NCBI RefSeq assembly: GCF_009914755.1
Contig: NC_060934.1
DNA length: 64,000 bases
Reading direction: 5' to 3' (one strand)
Origin: the human T2T-CHM13v2.0 reference genome, Homo sapiens
Shown here piece after piece: positions 41,488-53,075 of the stretch (position 1 is the first letter of the stretch; every line of letters starts with the position of its first letter). Made by a program: the position numbers and the translations under genes. The notes under the pieces are model-generated. The model worked only from the letters and a program-made list of their open reading frames with translations, was not told the DNA's origin and ran no database searches.

Positions 41488-42397
41488 AAAGACCTCAGCG
41501 GGGAAACGCTCCGGGCCACGCCCACTCCCCTTATCCCAATTCCGCGTGCTGGTCCCGCACACGGTCATCCGGTTTCTGTCCTGTGGTCTCCAGTCCTGGG
41601 GCACCCTAGAGGCAGAGCAGGGGATTCCATCAAAGGACCCACTGAGACCCCAGCATGGCCCTGCCCGAGATGCCCTGCTGCCCACGGAGTCCTGGCTTCC
41701 CCTGGTGTGGCCGGGCAGGGCCGAGATCGCAGGAGGGGGCTGCCCTGACCTTTCCCAGTGTTCAATGTGTGTGTCTTGCGTTCTACTCCGGGGGTGGCGG
41801 CGGCAGGTCTGTCCCCAGCATTCTCGCTCTGGGCAGAACCCTCGGGACCCTCCGCTGTCGTGTGTCTGAGCCACCCCTGCAGCTTCACAGGGCCCCTGCA
41901 CACCTCTGCCCACTCAGTGTGCCCTGTCAGCCCTGTCCTTGTCGTAGCCCCAGCCCTGCAGGGCTGAGAGCACCACAGATGCTGGGGGCTGCTCTGGACT
42001 TTGGGGATGGCTGTCAGCCTCAGAGGGCCAATGGGGGGCTTTCACGGGCCCAAGGCTTGGGAAAATGCCCAGACATCCTTTAGTGAAGACTCGACTTCCA
42101 AAACCAGCCACCGCTGGGACTGGATTCCACTCCAGTATAGGCACTTAGCAACACGAAGGTTTATTCCAAAAAGAAAAGGGGCTGACAGACGGGAGATTCT
42201 CATGGACAAAATCCCTTTCCCTTTTTCTCGTCTCCATGAACATCTGGGTACCAAGCCCTGACTCAAAGGACAGATGTGGATGACAGCAAGACTTCTGTGA
42301 AAGCAAGTGGCCCGTCCCTAGGTGGGAGGGAGTCCAGAGGGTCATGGGTGTGAAACTGTGCACAGCTTTCCCTCCCTCCCTCTTCCTCCTTGTCTGT

Positions 42398-42710
42398 GAC
42401 ACATGTGCACCCACACACACACACACAAACACATGTGCATATCACACACATGCACACACACAAACACATGTGCATATCACACACGCGCACACACCCAAAC
42501 ACGTGCATATCACACACATGCACACACACAAACACGTGCATATCACACACATGCACACAAACGTGCATATCACACACACGCACACACACCCAAACACGTG
42601 CATATCACACACACGCACACACACAAACACGTGCATATCACACACAAACACACGTGCACACATACTTAACACACACTTGCACCTGCTGTGCACATGTGCA
42701 CACACACGTA
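42398..42710. repeat. CA-rich ~30-bp repeat in the 3' UTR
   Basis: AAACACGTGCATATCACACAC modules. Confidence 0.88.
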
Positions 42711-43412
42711 GTAGTGTGTTTTCCAGCCACCCACACACTGGGTTTGCATTGGAGATTGTTTCACCCTGCAAACGTCAACGTCAGCAGACTCGTCGGTGCG
42801 CTGTGCTATCCGGTTGGGAGGTCTCACCAGGAGCAGAGCCTCCCTAACGTGCACCTCCGAGAAGAGGGGTGTCGGGGAGTGTTCCCAGCACCTGCTCGGT
42901 GGAAGGGCTCTCCGGAGACTGGCACTCAGTATCTGAGTATGAGGAGCCTCACTTCCCGGGGTGTCGGTAAACTTGACCGTGACTCAGTAACCCACAGCGT
43001 GCTCCTCCCAGCAAACCCCGTGTGTCCTTACAGGTCGACCAGACGGGCCGTCGGAGGACCACCAGGTGGCTCTGCCTCTGCCTCACCTTCTCACCTGCTT
43101 CCATAGCTGATGTGAACCCGAATCCCCACGCTGTGCTGTGTACGCACTGTAGGTGCAGAACCGTCCACACAAAAATACAGTCTTGGCATTGTTTGTTCTT
43201 TGTGAGGCTGGTTAATAGCATCCCCGTGTGTTTTTCTCACCCTCGATGGGGTAGAGGGGCACCTGAATGTGTGGCCCCCGTCTGTGTCCTGGATCCTGGG
43301 GCAGGGCTGCTCTCCCTGGCCCCTGCAGCCCCTCATGAACTTTCCACCCTCAGTGCCCCCGGCTGAGCAGAGAGGCGTCCCACCATTCAACCAAAGAAAG
43401 TCAACATTGAAC

Positions 43413-43418
43413 ATTAAA
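43413..43418 (+). terminator. Probable polyadenylation signal ATTAAA
   Basis: ATTAAA variant hexamer ~2.1 kb after the stop, followed by TGTGTGTTT. Confidence 0.6.
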
Positions 43419-43627
43419 CCTCTGTGTGTTTCTATACTGACTTAGCCTCATGAGTCCACTTGGGACTGGTGTTGGGCCATATCCAATTGCACGTAACGTT
43501 TTGGAGCATAAACATCCACAGCCCAACCACCCTGAGGGGCTCCTGGCTCGGAGTCAGCTTCCACCAGACCATGAAGCCAGAGCCAGACCCTGCGTTCCGC
43601 ACCTGACTTTCGTGCCACTTCCTTCCT

Positions 43628-44260
43628 TGTGTGTGCCCGTGTGTCTGCATGTCGGATGCAACGGAGCGTGGGTGCATGCCAGCCTGTGTGAGTGTGCTTG
43701 CCTGTGTGCCTCCGTGTCAGACGTGCTGGAGCGTGGGTGCATGCCGGCCTGTGCGAGTGTGCCCCTGTGCCTGCGTGTTGGATGCAATGGAGCGTGGGTG
43801 CATGCCGGCCTGTGTGAGTGTGCTTGCCCGTGTGCCTGCGTGTCAGACGCACTGGAGCGTGGGTGTATGCCGGCCTGTGCGAGTGTGCCCGTGTGCCTGC
43901 GTGTCGGATGCAATGGAGCGTGCGTGCATGCCGGCCTGTGTGAGTGTGCTTGCCCGTGTGCCTGTGTGTCGGATGCAATGGAGTGTGCGTGCATGCTGGC
44001 CTGTGCGAGTGTGCCTGTGTGCCTGTGTGTGTGTGAGTCCGTGTGCCTGCGTGTCGGATGCGATGGAGTGTGCGTGTATGCTGGCCTGTGTGAGTGTGCT
44101 TGCCTGTGTGCCTGTGTGTTTGTGAGTGGCTTGTGGGTTGTGTGGGTGTTGACGTGTTAGTGTGTGAGAGTGTGCGCCTGTGTGGTGTGTAGGTCCCTCT
44201 GTGGGAGTTGTGTGCACACATGCACGTGTGCTTGAGGGTAAGTGTGCATGTGTGTGCATG
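43628..44260. repeat. TG-rich ~55-60-bp degenerate minisatellite
   Basis: Recurring GTGTCGGATGCAATGGAGCGTGGGTGCATGCCGGCCTGTG. Confidence 0.85.
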
Positions 44261-44984
44261 CTCTTTGGAGGAACACTGTGAGGCGGCCCCTCCGCCCTGT
44301 CTCCGTGCGGGTGTGTAACTACCACACGGCAACACTGTGGTGACTTTAGTCAGCTTAAAGGACTAGGAAGCAGAAGCTGCCTGTGCCTCCAGACCCTGAC
44401 AGTTCTTCTCTGGAGCAGTCCTAGCTGAGGAGGCCTCCAGTCCTGGGAGACACACAGTGGCATCTGCCGCGTCGCCCACGAAGGCCCCAGACAGGGCTCA
44501 GATCTGGTCGGCCTGCTCTGTCTCTGAATGAGCCACCCCTGCAGGGGCTTTGGGCAGCTGAGGAGCCCCCACTGGTTCTGCGGGGAAGGGGCTGGGTTGG
44601 GGCCCGCACGTTCCACCTGCCTGAGCAGGACTGAGGAGGGATGCAGGCTGAATGGGAGCACTGGGCCCCTGGGAGGGCCTTGGCAGAAGGCAGCTCAGCA
44701 GCCACACGCTAGGCTGCAGTGTCGCCCATCAGTGACAGCAGCTGCAGGAAGCCTGTCTAGGGACCCTGGAAGGAGCTCAGGGCCCTGCACTGATGTGGTG
44801 AATGCCCCCCATGTGCAGAGACTGGCTGCAACGGGCACTTCCACACCTACCCAGTGCCCAGATGGTGCCTGACCGGTCCTGCCACTTGCTCCCTGACCCT
44901 TGGTGCTTGCATTTCTCGGGGGACGCTGTCGGGACCAGCATTGGCCTGAGCTGGAACAGTGGGTGTGTTCACTGTGCGGGGACT

Positions 44985-45113
44985 GTGGACCCTGCTCCTC
45001 CACGTCTCACGTGGACCCTGCTCCTCCGTGTCTCACGTGGACCCTGCTCCTCCGTGTCTCACGTGGACCCTGCTCCTCCGTGTCTCACGTGGATCCTGCT
45101 CCTCTGTGTCTCA
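44985..45113. repeat. 26-bp tandem repeat, 5 copies, with CACGTG across unit junctions
   Basis: GTGGACCCTGCTCCTCCGTGTCTCAC. Confidence 0.9.
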
Positions 45114-47154
45114 CTTCATCACGCTTCCCTTCCACTGCACTGCCAGGGTTTGTACCTGAGCCTAGAGGCTTCTGCAGAGCCTTTACTGCACAGGCACCTT
45201 CGGCCAGAAATTCTGCCTGTTGTATTCAAGACCAAGGACTGTTCTGTAGCCTTTGAGGTGGGTGGGGTGGGGGTACCTTGGGCAGATGGAGGCCGGCCCT
45301 GTGTCTGCAGGGGCAGCGTGTGCCCAGGGAGGCAGGGGACGGGGTAGGGGGAGGGAAAGGGTGAGCACCCCGTGAGGACAGACAAAGTGCTGTGAGGCCA
45401 GGTCAACGGTGGGGTGGAGGCGGGGCCTGGTGGGCATCTGGGGAGGCTACTGGGCACAGGGACAGAGAAGCCAATTCGGAGGGTCCCTGGGGCCAAGTCT
45501 GAGCAGGCATCTGAGTGCTGTGGTTGTTCAGGGCAGGCGGAGCAGGAGGGGCATAGGAGGGCCTGGCACACGTGAGAGGCCTGTCCCTCGGGCCACAGCT
45601 AGAAGATCAGTGTCTCCCAGTGAGACAGGTCAGGCTGCAAGTGGGCTCAGCAGCAAGACAAGCCCTTCATGCCCGCCGTGCTGGCTCCTCTGGGCCTGGA
45701 GGGAGGGCTGCTGGGTGAGCTGGGGCCCACCAGGGCAACTCCCAACACTGGCTGTCCAGGCCTCCTGGGGGCTGCAGGGCCAGTGCCTGAGCACAGACGT
45801 GGCTGCCCACAGACGGTCCTGCAAGGACTCAGGACCCCAGACCCCAGGCTGCATCCCCCCGGCCACAGATCTGCAGGCGGCCGACTTCCAGAGGACAAGC
45901 AGCACCGCTCAGGCCCAAGTGGGCGCCGACTTGGACCTCACACCTCTGTCCTGTGTCCCAGGAAATGACTGGGGTTGCCAGGGCCTGCCTTTCCTTCCCA
46001 CTCCCATCCCAGGACGTGGGTACTGGGAAAACCACTGTTAAGAGGACACTCTTAAACTCACTCTAATTACTTCTTTTCTACATAAATATCAACAACTTCC
46101 CCTGTAATCACAACAGACACCTTGCTCCCTACTCACAACTCCAACCACACCCAACATAGCCCTTCAGGGAGGCCTGCAGGTCAGAACCGGCAGCAGAGGC
46201 ACCCAGAGCTCAAGTCCCTCCCTGCCAGCCGCCCCCCAGCCTCTCCCAGACAGGGTCACTGAACAAGCCACAGAGTGGTGCAGGGCTGACATCGGCCAGG
46301 GACAAAGCAGGTGAGTACCCATGTCTGCGCCCTGGCTCAGAGATTACTCCAAGTCCAGGTCCTAGAGGGGTGAATACCCCTGGTGTGGGATTGGCTGGTT
46401 TAGTACTCATGTCTCTGTCATGGTCCAGAAAGTACCCTTGGTCTAGGTCCTAGTGGAGTGAGTACCCTGGTGAGGGATAGCCTGGGTTAGTACCCATGTC
46501 TCTGCCCTGGTTCGGAGAGTACTCGTGGCCCACGTCTTCGTGGAGTGAGGAACTCTGGCACGTAGTGCCTCCCTGTTAGGGTTAATGCTCGTATTGGATT
46601 CATAGTGAGCTGTGTTGCTGGGTAAAATACTCGAGGTGACAGTAGCAGTCTGTGCTGCTGTAGGATGAGGACACATTTTCTGGGCTACTTTCTTGGTGCC
46701 ACTGGTATGGGCTGAAATTTCACCCTCCGTGTGCCCAGGTGGCGGCGGTGGTGGTGCGTTTGCATGTGGTGGGCTGGAGCTGCGCCCGTGTGTTCTTCTG
46801 TGTGTTTGGGAGGCTGAGTTCTCGTGGTCTGAGTCGTCTCAATTGAGTACTAGGTCCTGTGTCACGTGGGCTGTGTATCTGTGGTCTGTGTCTCCTGGTA
46901 AACACTGTTTAAAATGAGTTCCGGGGTCTCTGCCTCCAAGGGAGTGCGGGACGCTGGCGTGGGCTGAGCTGCCAGGGTAAAGAATCCACTGCAGCACCTG
47001 TGGCTTCAGTGCCTCGGTGGGGTGGGGCCGATGGCCTGCAGGTGAGCAGTGTTAAAGGAAACATGGTTCAATGATGCTTGTTAAAACACGGCAGACTTCA
47101 TTCGGGGCCACTGGGTCCCTGGGTGTGAGACAGCCTGGGCTGGTACCATAGGGG

Positions 47155-50100
47155 AGCTGGTCTCCAGGTCCCTGTTGGGGGGGTCTGGTCTCTGGGTCCC
47201 TGTGGGGGGGGTCTGGTCTCTGGGTCCCTGTGGTGGGGGGGGGTCTCTGGGTCCCTGTGGGGGCGGCTGGTCTCTGGGTCCCTGTGGGGGTGTCTGGTCT
47301 CTGGGTCCCTGTGGTGGGGGGGGTCTCTGGGTCCCTGTTGGGGGGTCTGGTCTCTGGGTCCCTGTAGGGGTTCTGGTCGCTGGGTCCCTGTAGGCGGGTC
47401 TGGTCTCTGGGTCCCTGTGGGGGGGTTCTGGTCTCTGGGTCCCTGTGGGGGTGTCTGGTCTCTGGGTCCCTGTGGTGGGGGGGGTCTCTGGGTCCCTGTT
47501 GGGGGGTCTGGTCTCTGGGTCCCTGTAGGGGTTCTGGTCTCTGGGTCCCTGTGGGCGGGTCTGGTCTCTGGGTCCCTTTGGGGGGGTCCTGGTCTCTGGG
47601 TCCCTGTGGGGGCGGCTGGTCTCTGGGTCCCTGTGGGGGGTTCTGGTCTCTGGGTCCCTGTGGGGGCGGCTGATCTCTGGGTCCCTGTGGGGGGGTCTGG
47701 TCTCTGGGTCCCTGTTGGGGGGTCTGGTCTCTGGGTCTCTGTGGGGGTTCTGGTCTCTGGGTCCCTGGGGGGGCGGCTGGTCTCTGGGTCCCTGTGGGGG
47801 GTTCTGGTCTCTGGGTCCCTGTGGGGGCGGCTGGTCTCTGGGTCTCTGTGGGGGGGTCTGGTCTCTGGGTCCCTGTGGGCGGGTCTGGTCTCTGGGTCCC
47901 TGTGGAGGCGGCTGGTCTCTGGGTCCCTGTGGGCGGGTCTGGTCTCTGGGTCCCTGTTGGGGGGTCTGGTCTCTGGGTCCCTGTGGGGGGGTTCTGGTCT
48001 CTGGGTCCCTGTGGGGGCAACTGGTCTCTGGGTCCCTGTGAGAGGTTCTGGTCTCTGGGTCCCTGTGGGGGGGTCTGGTCTCTGGGTCCCTGTGGGGGGA
48101 TCTGGTCTCTGGGTCCCTGTGGTGGGGGGGGTCTCTGGGTCCCTGTGGGGGGGTCTGGTCTCTGGGTACCTGTGGGGGCAGCTGGTCTCTGGGTCCCTGT
48201 GGGGGGGTTCTGGTCTCTGGGTCCCTGTGGGGGCGGCTTGTCTCTGGGTCTCTGTGGGGGGGTCTGGTCTCTGGGTCCCTGTGGAGGCGGCTGGTCTCTG
48301 GGTCCCTGTAGGGGTTCTGGTCTCTGGGTCCCTGTGGGCGGGTCTGGTCTCTGGGTCCCTGTTGGGGGGTCTGGTCTCTGGGTACCTGTGGGGGTGTCTG
48401 GTCTCTGGGTCCCTGTGGTGGGGGGGTCTCTGGGTCCCTGTTGGGGGGTCTGGTCTCTGGGTCCCTGTAGGGGTTCTGGTCTCTGGGTCCCTGTGGGCGG
48501 GTCTGGTCTCTGGGTCCCTGTGGGGGGGTCCTGGTCTCTGGGTCCCTGTGGGGGCGGCTGGTCTCTGGGTCCCTGTGAGGGGTTCTGGTCTCTGGGTCCC
48601 TGTGGGGGCGGCTGATCTCTGGGTCCCTGTGGGGGGGTCTGGTCTCTGGGTCCCTGTAGGGGCGGCTGGTCTCTGGGTCCCTGTTGGGGGGTCTTGTCTC
48701 TGGGTCCCTGTAGGGGTTCTGGTCCCTGGGTCCCTGTAGGCGGGTCTGGTCTCTGGGTCCCTGTTGGGGGTTCTGGTCTCTGGGTCCCTGTGGAGGCGGC
48801 TGGTCTCTGGGTCCCTGTGGGGGTTCTGGTCCCTGGGTCCCTGTGGGGGCGGCTGGTCTCTGGGTCCCTGTGGGGGTTCTGGTCCCTGGGTCCCTGTGGG
48901 GGCGGCTGGTCTCTGGGTCCCTGTGGGGGCGGCTGGTCTCTGGGTCCCTGTGGGGGGTTCTGGTCCCTGGGTCCCTGTGGGCGGGTCTGGTCTCTGCATC
49001 CCTGTGTGGGGGTGGCTGGTCTCTGGGTCCCTGTGGGCGGGTCTGGTCTCTGGGTCCCTGTGTGGGGGTGGCTGGTCTCTGGGTCCCTGTGGGGGCGGCT
49101 GGTCTCTGGGTCCCTGTGGGGGCGGCTGGTCTCTGGGTCCCTGTGGGGGCGGCTGGTCTCTGGGTCCCTGTGGGGGGGGTCTGGTCTCTGGGTCCCTGTG
49201 GGGGCGGCTGGTCTCTGGGTCCCTGTGGGGGGGTCTGGTCTCTGGGTCCGTGTGGGGGTGGCTGGTCTCTGGGTCCCTGTGGGGGCGGCTGGTCTCTGGG
49301 TCCCTGTGGGCGGGTCTGGTCTCTGGGTCCCTGTGGGGGGGGTCTGGTCTCTGGGTCCCTGTGGGGGCGGCTGGTCTCTGGGTCCCTGTGGGGGGGTCTG
49401 GTCTCTGGGTCCCTGTGGGGGGGCCTGGTCTCTGGGTCCCTGTGGGCGGGTCTGGTCTCTGGGTCCCTGTGGGCGGGTCTGGTCTCTGGGTCCCTGTTGG
49501 GGGGGTCTGGTCTCTGGGTCCCTGTGGGGGTGTCTGGTCTCTGGGTCCCTGTGGTGGGGGGGGGGTCTCTGGGTCCCTGTTGGGGGGTCTGGTCTCTGGG
49601 TCCCTGTGGGGGCGGCTGGTCTCTGGGTCCCTGTGGTGGGGGGGGTCTCTGGGTCCCTGTTGGGGGGTCTGGTCTCTGGGTCCCTGTGGGGGCGGCTGGT
49701 CTCTGGGTCCCTGTGGTGGGTCTGGTCTCTGGGTCCCTGTGGGGGGGTTCTGGTCTCTGGGTCCCTGTGGGGGCAGCTGGTCTCTGGGTCCCTGTGGGGG
49801 TTTCTGGTCTCTGGGTCCCTGTGGGGGGGTCTGGTCTCTGGGTCCCTGTGGTGGGGGGGGTCTCTGGGTCCCTGTGGGGGGGTCTGGTCTCTGGGTACCT
49901 GTGGGGGCAGCTGGTCTCTGGGTCCCTGTGGGGGGGTTCTGGTCTCTGGGTCCCTGTGGGGGCGGCTTGTCTCTGGGTCTCTGTGGGGGGGTCTGGTCTC
50001 TGGGTCCCTGTGGAGGCGGCTGGTCTCTGGGTCCCTGTAGGGGTTCTGGTCTCTGGGTCCCTGTGGGCGGGTCTGGTCTCTGGGTCCCTGTTGGGGGGTC

Positions 50101-52302
50101 TGGTCTCTGGGTACCTGTGGGGGTGTCTGGTCTCTGGGTCCCTGTGGTGGGGGGGTCTCTGGGTCCCTGTTGGGGGGTCTGGTCTCTGGGTCCCTGTAGG
50201 GGTTCTGGTCTCTGGGTCCCTGTGGGCGGGTCTGGTCTCTGGGTCCCTGTGGGGGGGTCCTGGTCTCTGGGTCCCTGTGGGGGCGGCTGGTCTCTGGGTC
50301 CCTGTGAGGGGTTCTGGTCTCTGGGTCCCTGTGGGGGCGGCTGATCTCTGGGTCCCTGTGGGGGGGTCTGGTCTCTGGGTCCCTGTAGGGGCGGCTGGTC
50401 TCTGGGTCCCTGTTGGGGGGTCTTGTCTCTGGGTCCCTGTAGGGGTTCTGGTCCCTGGGTCCCTGTAGGCGGGTCTGGTCTCTGGGTCCCTGTTGGGGGT
50501 TCTGGTCTCTGGGTCCCTGTGGGGGCGGCTGGTCTCTGGGTCCCTGTGGGGGTTCTGGTCCCTGGGTCCCTGTGGGGGCGGCTGGTCTCTGGGTCCCTGT
50601 GGGGGTTCTGGTCCCTGGGTCCCTGTGGGGGCGGCTGGTCTCTGGGTCCCTGTGGGGGCGGCTGGTCTCTGGGTCCCTGTGGGGGGTTCTGGTCCCTGGG
50701 TCCCTGTGGGCGGGTCTGGTCTCTGCATCCCTGTGTGGGGGTGGCTGGTCTCTGGGTCCCTGTGGGCGGGTCTGGTCTCTGGGTCCCTGTGTGGGGGTGG
50801 CTGGTCTCTGGGTCCCTGTGGGGGCGGCTGGTCTCTGGGTCCCTGTGGGGGCGGCTGGTCTCTGGGTCCCTGTGGGGGCGGCTGGTCTCTGGGTCCCTGT
50901 GGGGGGGGTCTGGTCTCTGGGTCCCTGTGGGGGCGGCTGGTCTCTGGGTCCCTGTGGGGGGGTCTGGTCTCTGGGTCCGTGTGGGGGTGGCTGGTCTCTG
51001 GGTCCCTGTGGGGGCGGCTGGTCTCTGGGTCCCTGTGGGCGGGTCTGGTCTCTGGGTCCCTGTGGGGGGGGTCTGGTCTCTGGGTCCCTGTGGGGGCGGC
51101 TGGTCTCTGGGTCCCTGTGGGGGGGTCTGGTCTCTGGGTCCCTGTGGGGGGGCCTGGTCTCTGGGTCCCTGTGGGCGGGTCTGGTCTCTGGGTCCCTGTG
51201 GGCGGGTCTGGTCTCTGGGTCCCTGTTGGGGGGGTCTGGTCTCTGGGTCCCTGTGGGGGTGTCTGGTCTCTGGGTCCCTGTGGTGGGGGGGGGGTCTCTG
51301 GGTCCCTGTTGGGGGGTCTGGTCTCTGGGTCCCTGTGGGGGCGGCTGGTCTCTGGGTCCCTGTGGTGGGGGGGGTCTCTGGGTCCCTGTTGGGGGGTCTG
51401 GTCTCTGGGTCCCTGTGGGGGCGGCTGGTCTCTGGGTCCCTGTGGTGGGTCTGGTCTCTGGGTCCCTGTGGGGGGGTTCTGGTCTCTGGGTCCCTGTGGG
51501 GGCAGCTGGTCTCTGGGTCCCTGTGGGGGTTTCTGGTCTCTGGGTCCCTGTGGGGGCAGCTGGTCTCTGGGTCCCTGTGGGGGGGTCCTGGTCTCTGGGT
51601 CCCTGTGGGGGCGGCTGGTCTCTGGGTCCCTGTGGGGGGTTCTGGTCTCTGGGTCCCTGTGGGGGGTTCTGGTCTCTGGGTCCCTGTGAGGTGGCTGGTC
51701 TCTGGGTCCCTGTGGGGGGGTCTGGTCCCTGGGTCCCTGTGGGGGGGTCTGGTCTCTGGGTCCCTGTGGGGGCGGCTCATCTCTGGGTCCCTGTTGGGGG
51801 CTCTGGTCTCTGGGTACCTGTGGCGGGGGGGGTCTCTGGGTCCCTGTTGGGGGGTCTGGTCTCTGGGTCCCTGTTGGGGCGGCTGGTCTCTGGGTCCCTG
51901 TGGGGGTGTCTGGTCTCTGGGTCCCTGTGGTTGGGGGGGTCTCTGGGTCCCTGTTGGGGGGTCTGGTCTCTGGGTCCCTGTGGGGGGGGTCTGGTCTCTG
52001 GGTCCCTGTGTGCGGGTGGCTGGTCTCTGGGTCCCTGTGGGGGGGTCTGGTCTCTGGGCCCCTGTGTGGGGGTGGCTGGTCTCTGGGTCCCTGTTGGGGG
52101 GTCTGGTCTCTGGGTCCCTGTGGGGGGGTCTGGTCTCTGGGTCCCTGTGGGGGGGCCTGGTCTCTGGGTCCCTGTGGGCGGGTCTGGTCTCTGGGTCCCT
52201 GTGGGGGTGGGTGGTCTCTGGGTCCCTGTGGGGGGGTCTGGTCTCTGGGTCCCTGTGGGGGAGTCTGGTCTCTGGGTCCCTGTGGGGGCGGCTGGTCTCC
52301 AG
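47155..52302. repeat. Large G-rich ~27-bp VNTR, ~190 units, with an internal 1729-bp duplication
   Basis: Core CTGGTCTCTGGGTCCCTGT followed by a variable G-rich tail (GGGGGCGG, GGGGGGGT, GGGCGGGT and others). Confidence 0.99.
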
Positions 52303-52786
52303 GGCTCTGTCGGGGGCAGCAGGATAGTCAGTCAGTGGTGGGATTCTCACCCTGACTTGCTCTTTGGACCAAGGTGGGCTCATTGGTCAACTGGGGAGGA
52401 AGGAAGAGGCGGCAGCAAACCTCAGCAGGCAGCTGGGAAGCCACAGCGGGGCCTCGGCTCCAGGCGGTGCCTTCCGAGGATGTGAGGAAGCGCCGCCCAG
52501 GTTGGGACACAGCCCCACCCACGGGCAGCTGCCCCTGCATCTTGAGCTGCTCTGGGCCTTCTGCGGGGCCCACCTGCCTCCTTCTCAAGCTGCCTCAGCT
52601 CCGCAGTCCTCCCCCAGGGCACTCTGGGGAGTCAGGGCTGCAGGGAATTTCTCCTCCTTCTTCAAAGGTGACCCCGGGGGCAGGTCCCGGCGCCTGGGAA
52701 GGGAACTTGCACAGCTAAATTCCCGCTGGACCCTGAGGCTGGACTCGCAGTCTGGACACCGACCTCCGGAGCCCTGAGTGGGTCGT

Positions 52787-53075
52787 CCCTGCCCTGCCCC
52801 TTCACTGCCCCTGCCCTGCCCCTGCCCCTGCCCCGTGCTGCCCCTGTCTTGCCCCTGCCCCTGCCCTGCCCTGCCCCTGCGCTGCCCCTGTGCTGTCCCT
52901 GTGCTGCCCCTGCCCCTGCCCTGCCCCTTCACTGCCCCGCCCCTGCCCCGCCCCTGCCCCGCCCCTGCCCTGCCCCTGCCCTGCCCCTGCGCTGCCCCTG
53001 TGCTGTCCCTGTGCTGCCCCTGCCCCTGCCCTGCCCCTTCACTGCCCCGCCCCTGCCCTGCCCCTGCCCCGCCAC
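52787..53075. repeat. (CCCTG/CCCCTG)n C-rich repeat
   Basis: Run of CTGCCC/CTGCCCC units with a repeated CCTTCACTG landmark. Confidence 0.9.

Larger units (their letters stand above)
41277..43440 (+). other. ADGRA1: ADGRA1 3' UTR (end approximate)
   Basis: Follows the stop codon; first plausible polyadenylation hexamer is ATTAAA at 43413-43418. Confidence 0.7.

Noticed and set aside
47052-52485. ORFs of up to 1761 aa (TGTQRP.., GLWVPVG..)
   Set aside because: Translations of an A-poor VNTR in which frames swap with G-run length; no coding signature.
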